Of a stretch of 38,466 bases of DNA, positions 1 through 7,445 are shown piece after piece (within the stretch, counting starts at the first letter, position 1; each line of letters begins with the position of its first letter). This DNA is from Clostridiales bacterium (GTDB lineage Bacteria; Bacillota; Peptococcia; Peptococcales; Peptococcaceae), in contig QAKL01000101.1 of assembly GCA_003343815.1 (NCBI GenBank), positions 1 through 38,466 on the forward strand, written 5' to 3'. The position numbers and the translations under genes are program-made. A model generated the notes under the pieces. That model was given only the letters and a program-made list of their open reading frames with translations, ran no database searches and was not told the origin of the DNA.

Positions 1-569
1 TTATCGTTACCATAATGTTCGTAAGCAAAACGATATTCGACAGCAAGTTTAAGTAATGATTGGTCGGCATATGCTGCGTTTTCTAATATATAATTGCACA
101 GATTTTTCTTATTAAATTCAGTCAATGGTGTATTAATAATTTCTGTTTTTGAAGAAAACTCAACTTGAGTATCCGATTTAAAAGAAATTTTTGTTGTAGT
201 CTTTTTATTTGATGGTTCGAGAAATGGAAAATCTTCAAAAGGATAATCTTTTTTCTCGCTAATTTTTGAGAAATAACGTAAGTATTCAGATTGTGTGACG
301 ATAGAATATAGATGACTATATAGTATCGAATATTGCTTAAAATAAAAATCATATTTAAACTCAACATCAGAAGAAAAAATCTCAAAACTTTCTTTAAACT
401 CTTTTTGTATAGATTCAGTTTTTCGAGTAATTTCTTCAATATCTTGTTTTGTAGCTAAATTTTTTGCTTTTTCCGTTAAGTATGCTGGAAATGATTTTTT
501 AAAAAAATATACGGCAACACTTAATATTATTATAGTTGCAACATTAATTACATTTGAAAATGTTATCAT
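1..569 (-). CDS. Partial (window-truncated) membrane-anchored hypothetical protein; AT-rich moron-like gene
   Basis: The frame from ATG (569-567, minus) runs to position 1 with no stop. It is missing from the ORF track because it is open-ended. SD GGGGGA lies ~8 nt upstream. The N-terminus MITFSNVINVATIIILSVAVYFF looks like one TM helix. The region is visibly more AT-rich than the genes from 735 onward. The track ORF 122..439(-) is in another frame. Confidence 0.55.
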   Translation of the reverse strand, partial: MITFSNVINVATIIILSVAVYFFKKSFPAYLTEKAKNLATKQDIEEITRKTESIQKEFKESFEIFSSDVEFKYDFYFKQYSILYSHLYSIVTQSEYLRYFSKISEKKDYPFEDFPFLEPSNKKTTTKISFKSDTQVEFSSKTEIINTPLTEFNKKNLCNYILENAAYADQSLLKLAVEYRFAYEHYGND

Positions 570-734
570 AATAATTTCCCCCATTGTATTGTTGAATTTA
601 TTAATATTATAGCACGATTTAATTATGATCTCAATAGCATTCACGCGAAAAATACACGCCCTTTTATGAGGAGAGAGGATAAATGAGCTATTTTTAGTTC
701 ACCCTCTCTTTTTTTGTGCGGTTTTTAAGAAAGG

Positions 735-1034
735 GTGATGGTAATGCTGGAAAGTCAATTTCAAAGGCTATTGATCAAAGATCTGGAGCGGATGTTTCCG
801 GGATGTATCGTCATGAAGACAGATCCTGAGTATATCCAAGGCTTACCGGATCTTTTAATTTTATATCGCGGCAAGTGGGCGGCTTTGGAATGCAAGCGTC
901 ACATAAACGCCGCGAGGCAGCCGAATCAAGAATATTATGTGAGCAAGATGGATGAGATGGCGTTTGCACGTTTTATCTATCCGGAGAACAAAAAGGAGGT
1001 ATTGGATGAACTTCAACAAGCATTTGAATCTTGA
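735..1034 (+). CDS. VRR-NUC-like PD-(D/E)XK nuclease
   Basis: The motif GLPDLLILYRGKWAALECK gives a D...E-x-K nuclease signature typical of small phage VRR-NUC proteins. The start could be GTG 735, ATG 738 or ATG 744. Confidence 0.6.
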   Translation: MMVMLESQFQRLLIKDLERMFPGCIVMKTDPEYIQGLPDLLILYRGKWAALECKRHINAARQPNQEYYVSKMDEMAFARFIYPENKKEVLDELQQAFES

Positions 1035-1563
1035 GGGACAGCACGCTTTTTTGGGAGCGAGCAAGTATCATTGGATAAATTATGATGAGGGAAAAATCGC
1101 CGAGGCATATTCTAAATTTTTGGCGGCGCAAAAGGGGACGGAGCTGCATGAGTTTGCGGCACAGTGTATCCGTCTGGGACAAAAGCTGCCGAAATCGAAG
1201 AAGAGCTTGAATATGTATGTCAATGATGCGATCGGCTATAAGATGACGCCGGAGCAGACTTTGTTTTATTCAGAGAATTGTTTTGGGACGGCGGATGCGA
1301 TCGGGTTTCGTGATGGACTTTTGCGAATCCATGATCTGAAGACCGGGGCTACTCCGGCTAAGATGGAGCAGCTGGAAATTTATGCAGCGTTATTTTGTTT
1401 GGAATATCGGATGAAGCCGGGAGAGATCGCGATGGAGCTCCGATTATACCAAAGCGATGAGGTGATCGTCCATGAGCCGACAGTAGAAGATATTGCGCCG
1501 ATTATTGATAAGATTATCACTTTTGATAAAATTATTGCCAAAATCAAAGATCAGGAGGGGTGA
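1006..1563 (+). CDS. RecB/Cas4-like PD-(D/E)XK exonuclease (DUF2800-like, no Fe-S cysteines)
   Basis: ATG 1006 is preceded by AAAGGAGG (992-999). GTADAIGF...LRIHDLKTG provides D...D-x-K. EQLEIYAALF provides the QxxxY motif of RecB-family nucleases. It overlaps the upstream gene by 29 nt. Confidence 0.6.
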   Translation: MNFNKHLNLEGQHAFLGASKYHWINYDEGKIAEAYSKFLAAQKGTELHEFAAQCIRLGQKLPKSKKSLNMYVNDAIGYKMTPEQTLFYSENCFGTADAIGFRDGLLRIHDLKTGATPAKMEQLEIYAALFCLEYRMKPGEIAMELRLYQSDEVIVHEPTVEDIAPIIDKIITFDKIIAKIKDQEG

Positions 1564-1565
1564 AG

Positions 1566-4307
1566 ATGAATCCCATACTTGAAGATATGCTGATGCATTA
1601 CGGTACGCCGAGGCATTCGGGGAGATATCCATGGGGGTCGGGGGAGAATCCTTATCAGCACAGCGGTGATTTTTTGAGTCGTGTCGAGAGTTTGAAAAAA
1701 GAGGGTGTAAGCGAGACAAAGATTGCCGAGATGATGGGGATGTCGACGACAGAGCTGCGTGCGTATAAGTCAATCGCCAAAAACGAACGGCGTGCGGCGG
1801 AAGTAGCAAAGGCGAAAGCTCTGCGTGATGAGGGATATTCTCTGCAGGAAATCGCCGATAAGATGGGATATGCAAATGATTCGTCGATCCGCTCGCTTTT
1901 GAATGAAACCTCTGAGGCGCGAATGAATAAATCAGTCAAGACTGCAGAATTTTTGAAAAAACAGATCGATGAAAAAGGTATCGTCGATGTGGGCGCCGGG
2001 GTGGAAAAAGAACTGGGCATTTCTAAAGAAAAGCTGAATGAGGCGTTGGCGATATTGCGTGCCGATGGGTATGAGGTGTATGGCGGCGGTGTGCCGCAGG
2101 CGACAAATCCCGGAAAGCAAACTAATTTGCGTGTCGTGTGTCCGCCGGGGACGGAGCACAAAGATATTTACGATTATGAGAATATTCATCAAATCACAAA
2201 CTATACTTCACATGATAATGGCGAGACTTTTACGCCGTTTGTGTATCCGAAGAGTATGGACAGCAAAAGGTTGGCGATCCGTTATGCGGAGGATGGCGGG
2301 TTGGAAAAAGACGGTGTCTTGGAGATTCGCCGCGGAGTCGAGGATTTATCGCTTGGGGATGCGCACTATGCGCAGGTGCGTATCTTGGTCGATAATAAAA
2401 AGTATTTGAAAGGTATGGCAGTTTACAGCGATGATTTGCCGAATGGTGTGGATATTGTCTTTAACACCAATAAAACAAAAGATGTCGCAAAATTGGATGT
2501 GCTGAAGAATATCAAGGATGATCCGGATAATCCTTTTGGCTCATATATCAAGGCAAATGGGCAGAGCTATTATACTGATAAAAATGGCGAACAACAGCTT
2601 TCATTGATCAATAAGCGAGCGGAAGAGGGAGATTGGGGCGAGTGGGCGAAGAAGCTGCCTAGTCAATTCCTCTCTAAGCAGCCGAAAGCGCTGGCAGAGA
2701 AACAGTTAAAGTTAGCTGAAGCGGATAAGGTAGCAGAGTTTGAGGAGATCTGCTCGCTGACTAATCCGACGGTGAAAAAGGCGCTGCTGAAATCTTTTGC
2801 AGATGACTGCGATGCAGCAGCGGTGCATTTGCAGGCAGCGGCTTTGCCGAGACAGCGCTATCAGGTAATTATGCCGATTACTTCGATGAAAGATGACGAG
2901 GTGTATGCACCGAATTATAAAAATGGCGAAAAGGTGGCGCTGGTGAGGTTTCCGCATGGCGGTACTTTTGAGATCCCGGTGCTGACGGTAAATAATAAGC
3001 AGGCGGATGCGAAGAAGATTTTGGGTACGAATGCGCTTGACGCGGTAGGGATTAACTCGAAAGTGGCGGAGCGCTTGTCGGGTGCGGATTTTGACGGGGA
3101 TACGGTAATGGTGATTCCGTGCAATTCGTCGATGAGTAAGGTGAAAATTACTTCGACACCCCCTCTGGAGGGGTTAAAGGGATTTGACCCCAAGACGAAA
3201 TATGGTGCGGATGAGACACGAGTTGATTCCTCGGGAAAAGAGCATTATTATCGCGGTGGTAAAGAGTATCGGCAGATGAAAGCTACGCAAAAAGAGATGG
3301 GTGTGATTTCTAATCTGATTACCGATATGACTTTGAAAGGTGCGACACAGGATGAGCTGGCGAGAGCAGTACGCCACTCGATGGTGGTTATTGACGCGGA
3401 AAAGCATAAGCTGGATTACAAGCAGAGCGAGATCGATAACGATATTGCTTCATTGAAAAAGCGCTATCAAGGGCGGATCGGAGAGGACGGCAAGTACCAC
3501 GAGGGGGCATCAACGCTGATTTCGCGGGCGAAGAGCGAGGTTTCGGTGAACAAGCGGCAGGGCTCGCCGCAGATCGATCCCAAGACTGGGCGGCAGTATT
3601 GGAAAGACGCAGACAAGCTGGAATATACGGACTCTAGGGGGAGGGTGAAAAAACGCACCCAGCCCTCGACGGCGATGGCTGAGGCCGGGGACGCCCGTAC
3701 TTTGTCGTCTGGACACCCCGTCGAGGAAGTTTACGCTGATTATGCAAACAAGATGAAGTCGCTGGCGAATCAGTCGCGCAAAGAGATGTTGGCGACAGGT
3801 AAGATCGAGTACAGCGCGCAGGCGAAGAAGACTTATCGGGTGGAGTGTGATTCGCTGGATGCCAAGTTGAATGTGGCGTTAAAGAATGCGCCGCGTGAAC
3901 GGCAAGCACAGATCATGGCGAATAGTATTGTGAAAGCGAAGAAAGAAGCGAACCCTGATATGACGAAGGGCGAGGTTAAGAAGATCAGTCAGCAGGCATT
4001 GGCTCAGTCTAGGGTAAAAGTCGGCGCGCAGCGTACGCCGGTGAAGATCACGGATCGGGAATGGGAAGCGATTCAAGCTGGTGCGGTGAGCGAGAATAAA
4101 TTGACGCAGATTTTGAATAATGCAGATATGGATGAAGTGCGTAAGCGAGCGACTCCGCGGGCGACTAATTCACTTTCTGCGGGACAAATTGGTCGGATTA
4201 AGGCGCTGAAAGCGTCGGGTTACACGAATGCAGAGATCGCGGATGCTTTGGGTGTGTCGACATCGACGGTGAGTAAACATTTGACGAATGAGAGGAGTGG
4301 ACAGTGA
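1566..4307 (+). CDS. Single-chain two-barrel RNA polymerase homologue (YonO-like) with HTH modules
   Basis: ATG 1566 follows AGGAGGGG. NKKYLKGMAVYSDDLPNGVDIVFN (2397-2465) resembles the RpoB barrel (GNKGV...P..G.PVDIVLNP). VALVRFPHGG...SGADFDGDTVMVIP (2934-3119) carries the RpoC-type DFDGD metal site (3087-3101). HTH-like segments lie near nt 1700-1900 and 4183-4284. The N-terminus is HYGTPRHSGRYPWGSGENPYQ. Confidence 0.6.
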   Translation: MNPILEDMLMHYGTPRHSGRYPWGSGENPYQHSGDFLSRVESLKKEGVSETKIAEMMGMSTTELRAYKSIAKNERRAAEVAKAKALRDEGYSLQEIADKMGYANDSSIRSLLNETSEARMNKSVKTAEFLKKQIDEKGIVDVGAGVEKELGISKEKLNEALAILRADGYEVYGGGVPQATNPGKQTNLRVVCPPGTEHKDIYDYENIHQITNYTSHDNGETFTPFVYPKSMDSKRLAIRYAEDGGLEKDGVLEIRRGVEDLSLGDAHYAQVRILVDNKKYLKGMAVYSDDLPNGVDIVFNTNKTKDVAKLDVLKNIKDDPDNPFGSYIKANGQSYYTDKNGEQQLSLINKRAEEGDWGEWAKKLPSQFLSKQPKALAEKQLKLAEADKVAEFEEICSLTNPTVKKALLKSFADDCDAAAVHLQAAALPRQRYQVIMPITSMKDDEVYAPNYKNGEKVALVRFPHGGTFEIPVLTVNNKQADAKKILGTNALDAVGINSKVAERLSGADFDGDTVMVIPCNSSMSKVKITSTPPLEGLKGFDPKTKYGADETRVDSSGKEHYYRGGKEYRQMKATQKEMGVISNLITDMTLKGATQDELARAVRHSMVVIDAEKHKLDYKQSEIDNDIASLKKRYQGRIGEDGKYHEGASTLISRAKSEVSVNKRQGSPQIDPKTGRQYWKDADKLEYTDSRGRVKKRTQPSTAMAEAGDARTLSSGHPVEEVYADYANKMKSLANQSRKEMLATGKIEYSAQAKKTYRVECDSLDAKLNVALKNAPRERQAQIMANSIVKAKKEANPDMTKGEVKKISQQALAQSRVKVGAQRTPVKITDREWEAIQAGAVSENKLTQILNNADMDEVRKRATPRATNSLSAGQIGRIKALKASGYTNAEIADALGVSTSTVSKHLTNERSGQ

Positions 4308-4552
4308 TGCAGGATGCGTACAGGCTGACGACTTTCGATAATCCGTTTGACCCATTCGAGCAGTTCACTTCGTGGTTTTTGTATGATGAGGAGAAGGGTT
4401 ATCATACTTGCGCTTATTTGGGCAGGATTGCGCGGACTTCGGATGCGTTGACAGATGAAGAAAACGAGCTGGAGATCGAGCGTGCAATTGATGAGATTAT
4501 TAAGTATGATTTCAGGAATGTGTATAAGAAAGTCGCTAGAAAAGCTGTTTGA
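4304..4552 (+). CDS. Small acidic conserved phage protein, function unknown
   Basis: The ORF overlaps the RNAP stop (GTGATG). Sequence is YRLTTFDNPFDPFEQFTSWFLYDEEKGYHTCAYLGRIA. From memory this type occurs just upstream of packaging genes in Firmicutes phages. Confidence 0.45.
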   Translation: MMQDAYRLTTFDNPFDPFEQFTSWFLYDEEKGYHTCAYLGRIARTSDALTDEENELEIERAIDEIIKYDFRNVYKKVARKAV

Positions 4553-4933
4553 TTGGCGCCTATTCGGGCGAAAGATGTGGGATATGGGGGGTATGGCGAA
4601 AAACACACCCCCTGTGTTATCGCGGCGGTCTTAAAAAATTCTCCGGGGGATATTTTGGAGGAATGTGTTTTAAAAGATTGGATGCACGGATAGTAAAAAA
4701 TTAAAGCATAGGTGTGAAGTTTGAGTAAGGGTGCTTGATAGAGTTTATTAAGTCGGTACGATGTGGTATGGGGTAGCTGCGTCCTTTCATTTTTTCTCTC
4801 CTTTCGGTGATCGGCGAAAGACCGGCTTAGTAAGCTCTATCGAGTATCTTTGATGAGGAAAGGTAAAAGTGTTAAAGATGTAATAAATCATGAAACAAAA
4901 TATATTAAGCGAAAAGAAAGGAGGCTGTCGGAG

Positions 4934-5275
4934 ATGGCGCAAAGAAAAAATGCGAGTAATGTAAGTAATGCAAGTAAGCAAAAGTTTCGTCCGGCATGTA
5001 CTCCGGAGGCAAGAGAGAATCAGCTGATATCCTTGGCGGTGGATCTGGCGGAAAAGCAGCTCAGAGAAGGGACGGCATCGTCACAGGTAATCACTCACTA
5101 TCTAAAGCTGGGCTCGACGAAAGAAAAAATCGAGAAAGAGATTTTGGAGAAACAGAAAGATCTGATCGAGGCTAAAACCGAAAATTTGAAAGCGGCGCAA
5201 AGAATCGAGGAACTGTACAATAAGGCGCTGGATGCTATGAAAAGCTACAGTGGACACAGTGACGAGGATGAGTGA
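4934..5275 (+). CDS. Small basic coiled-coil phage protein, possibly small-terminase-like
   Basis: ATG 4934 lies 9 nt after AAAGGAGG (4917-4924). The segment REGTASSQVITHYLKLGSTKEKIEKE is remembered from packaging-region proteins. No clear HTH is present. The assignment is tentative. Confidence 0.3.
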   Translation: MAQRKNASNVSNASKQKFRPACTPEARENQLISLAVDLAEKQLREGTASSQVITHYLKLGSTKEKIEKEILEKQKDLIEAKTENLKAAQRIEELYNKALDAMKSYSGHSDEDE

Positions 5276-5769
5276 GCGGAGGGATATATTTGTGGCAGTA
5301 TAATTATGGGTACGGCGGTGAGCTCTATCACTATGGTGTCAAAGGTATGCGCTGGGGCGTAAGGAGATACCAAAACAAAGACGGGAGTTTAACACCAGAG
5401 GGAAAAAGTCGATATGCTATTGCGAAGCGCGCGAAAAATGGTATAATAGAAAGTAAAAAAGGATTTAGTATTCATCGAGATAAAATTGAAAAGTATATGT
5501 TAAAAGAAGGAGCTAAGCATTCACAAGATTTCTTTAATGTGGGGTACACGAAGAATGACGCAGTTAGACTTTATAAAGATATCGAACGACAGTATGATAT
5601 TAAGAAAGCAACTGGTTTTAGACAAAATGCTAATGGTTCAATTGGATACAGTATCTATATGGATTTAGGGATTATTAAGAAAAGAACATTCTGCACAGCG
5701 TGGATTATCGACGAGGATGGAGCTACTCCAAGATTAACAAGCGCATATAGGAGGGATAAGCGTGTATGA
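5272..5769 (+). CDS. HYGVKGMRWG-leader protein with DUF6883-like putative toxin C-terminus
   Basis: The start is GTG 5272, or TTG 5290 after GGAGG. The N-terminus is ELYHYGVKGMRWGVRRYQNKDGSLTPEG. The C-terminus KIEKYMLKEG..FFNVGYTKND...GYSIYMDLG...TAWIIDEDGATPRLTSAYR matches my recollection of DUF6883 (FF.LGY...Y.I.G.L...VWI...G..PR.VTAYP). Confidence 0.5.
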   Translation: MSGGIYLWQYNYGYGGELYHYGVKGMRWGVRRYQNKDGSLTPEGKSRYAIAKRAKNGIIESKKGFSIHRDKIEKYMLKEGAKHSQDFFNVGYTKNDAVRLYKDIERQYDIKKATGFRQNANGSIGYSIYMDLGIIKKRTFCTAWIIDEDGATPRLTSAYRRDKRV

Positions 5770-5947
5770 GTATTTAGACAAAGTATATGTAAAATCTAAA
5801 AACGTAAGTGGAATAATCGTGGATATTTCAGAAACTAAACCGACAATGTATATAGTGGAAAGTGATATTTATGATGCTAAAAATGATGAGTGGCCGCTAT
5901 ATGATTGCTACGCTGATGATTTAAAATTTATAGCTCATGATGAGTAG
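5762..5947 (+). CDS. Small acidic protein, candidate immunity/antitoxin (DUF4926-like size and position)
   Basis: GTG 5762 overlaps the upstream ORF by 8 nt. SD AGGAGGG (5749-5755) lies inside the upstream gene, which suggests translational coupling. The product is 61 aa. Confidence 0.4.
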   Translation: MYEYLDKVYVKSKNVSGIIVDISETKPTMYIVESDIYDAKNDEWPLYDCYADDLKFIAHDE

Positions 5948-5993
5948 TGCGATAAAAAGCTAATAACAAAATAAGCTACAGTGGAGACATATT

Positions 5994-6239
5994 ATGACCA
6001 TAGGTAAATTGAAGCAGTTAGTTGTAGATGAAGCTAATGACTTTTATTTCTCATATAAGAATATGAGAGCGGGCATAGAAAATACTATCACAAATGGGCG
6101 AATAATCTATAATGTTTGGTGGGGAGATAAGGAAAAGCAATATTCGAGTTTCTATGATGTTGTTACCGATAAGTTTTATGACGGAAAATCTATTATGGAA
6201 TTATTGATGAATAGAGATATTGTCATAGATTTTGTGTAA
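5994..6239 (+). CDS. Small hypothetical protein, second immunity-like ORF in the cassette
   Basis: The ORF encodes 81 aa, is AT-rich like 5762..5947, and is followed directly by a terminator. Confidence 0.4.
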   Translation: MTIGKLKQLVVDEANDFYFSYKNMRAGIENTITNGRIIYNVWWGDKEKQYSSFYDVVTDKFYDGKSIMELLMNRDIVIDFV

Positions 6240-6257
6240 AGAGCCTAATGATTTTGG

Positions 6258-6282
6258 GAGCCGCGTTTGCGGTTCTTTTTTT
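6258..6282 (+). terminator. Rho-independent terminator closing the toxin/immunity cassette
   Basis: GAGCCGC-GTTT-GCGGTTC forms a 7-bp stem with one G-U pair. It is followed by TTTTTTT (6276-6282). Confidence 0.7.
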
Positions 6283-6302
6283 ATGCTTAAGTGAGGTAAA
6301 AG

Positions 6303-6713
6303 ATGCGGTGCTATAGCGATTTAGTGAAGCTGGAAACATTTCAGGAGAGATTTGAATATTTAAGTTTGAACGGGGCGGTGGGGGTGGAGACGTTTGGATT
6401 TGAGAGATATTTAAATCAAATGTTTTACCGCTCGAGAGAATGGAAGCGGGTGCGGAGAGAGGTCATCATCCGCGATATGGGCTGTGATTTAGGAATAAGG
6501 AGTCGCGAAATCGTAGGAAAGGTGATCATCCACCATATGAATCCGGCGACGGTAGAGGATGTGACGAATAATATCGAGCGGCTGCTTGATCCGGAGTATT
6601 TAGTATGTGTGAGTATGGAGACGCATAATGCGCTGCACTATGGTGATGAAGAATTAATAAAAGCAAACGAACCTGTGGTGCGCAAGAAAAACGATACCTG
6701 CCCATGGCGGTGA
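6303..6713 (+). CDS. HNH homing-type endonuclease (packaging-associated)
   Basis: REWKRVRREVIIRDMGCDLG...IIHHMNP...ETHNALHYG is a typical phage HNH motif set. Confidence 0.8.
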   Translation: MRCYSDLVKLETFQERFEYLSLNGAVGVETFGFERYLNQMFYRSREWKRVRREVIIRDMGCDLGIRSREIVGKVIIHHMNPATVEDVTNNIERLLDPEYLVCVSMETHNALHYGDEELIKANEPVVRKKNDTCPWR

Positions 6714-6726
6714 AAGGAGGACGAAG

Positions 6727-7044
6727 ATGGAGATAGGGCGCGGATGTACGCCGGTAATCAAGGTGAAATTATCGGTGGATACGGAATACATAACGATATG
6801 CCATGCGGCATTTGCCCAAAGGGGGCAAGTGGTGCTGGTGAAAACATTAGAAAACGGAGTAAGTAAAAACGGAAATATAGTCGAAATCGCCTTGAGCGAA
6901 GATGATACGTTAAAGTTTGATGAGACGGCAGATGTGGATTTTCAATTACGAGTTGGGTTTAATGACGGGGGCAGAGCAAAAACGCAGGTATTTCGTCTGG
7001 CGGTGGGGCGGATACTGGAAGATGGGGTGATAGGTGATGATTGA
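6727..7044 (+). CDS. Small phage structural protein (fibre module), function unknown
   Basis: The gene is tightly packed immediately upstream of the fibre-like genes. No diagnostic motif was found. Confidence 0.35.
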   Translation: MEIGRGCTPVIKVKLSVDTEYITICHAAFAQRGQVVLVKTLENGVSKNGNIVEIALSEDDTLKFDETADVDFQLRVGFNDGGRAKTQVFRLAVGRILEDGVIGDD

Positions 7045-7432
7045 ACTGGATGGCGAGCTCATAAATACGGTGAGTATAGAGGCGGAGCTAGCCACTGAAG
7101 AGGTGCTGGACGCATGTGTGGGAATAGTACATGAAATAGAAACCGGAGATCACACCAAACTAACCAACCGCGACCAGCCCAACCAGCACCCAATCGAGGC
7201 GATTATCGGTTTAAGTGAGGCGCTTGCAAAAAGTGGAGATAAAAGCTATGTTCATGTGCAGAGCCAAGCGGCTAAGGTGTGGGTAATAAAGCATGATTTG
7301 GATAAGATGCCGTCGGTGGTAGTGAAAGACAGCGCCGGGAATACGGTCGTCGGCGAAAGCGAGTATGTAGATAAAAATACTGTAATCTTGAGCTTTAGCG
7401 GAGCGTTTTCCGGTAAGGCTTTTTTAAATTAG
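7034..7432 (+). CDS. Phage fibre-associated structural protein
   Basis: TNRDQPNQHPIEAIIGLSEAL is a motif recurrent in Firmicutes phage fibre proteins (L.NRD..DQHPI.AI.GL). Confidence 0.45.
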   Translation: MMIELDGELINTVSIEAELATEEVLDACVGIVHEIETGDHTKLTNRDQPNQHPIEAIIGLSEALAKSGDKSYVHVQSQAAKVWVIKHDLDKMPSVVVKDSAGNTVVGESEYVDKNTVILSFSGAFSGKAFLN

Positions 7433-7445
7433 GAGGGGGAATGAG

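Noticed and set aside
122-439. Track ORF of 105 aa on the minus strand
   Set aside because: It is out of frame with the longer open-ended ORF (569 to 1) that has an ATG, an SD and a TM helix. The track ORF starts at TTG and translates to low-complexity Leu/Lys/Ile sequence.
570-734. Left prophage end (attL) in the spacer before the nuclease genes
   Set aside because: Only a 9-nt AT-rich match (aattatgat) to the region right of int was found, which is compatible with chance. No lysogeny or replication module lies to the right of this point, so the prophage almost certainly continues leftwards.
1444-4608. Numerous 60-170-aa minus-strand track ORFs across the RNAP homologue region
   Set aside because: All are antisense shadows inside the long + strand ORF. 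They have Arg/Ser/Pro-rich, low-complexity translations and no ribosome-binding sites.
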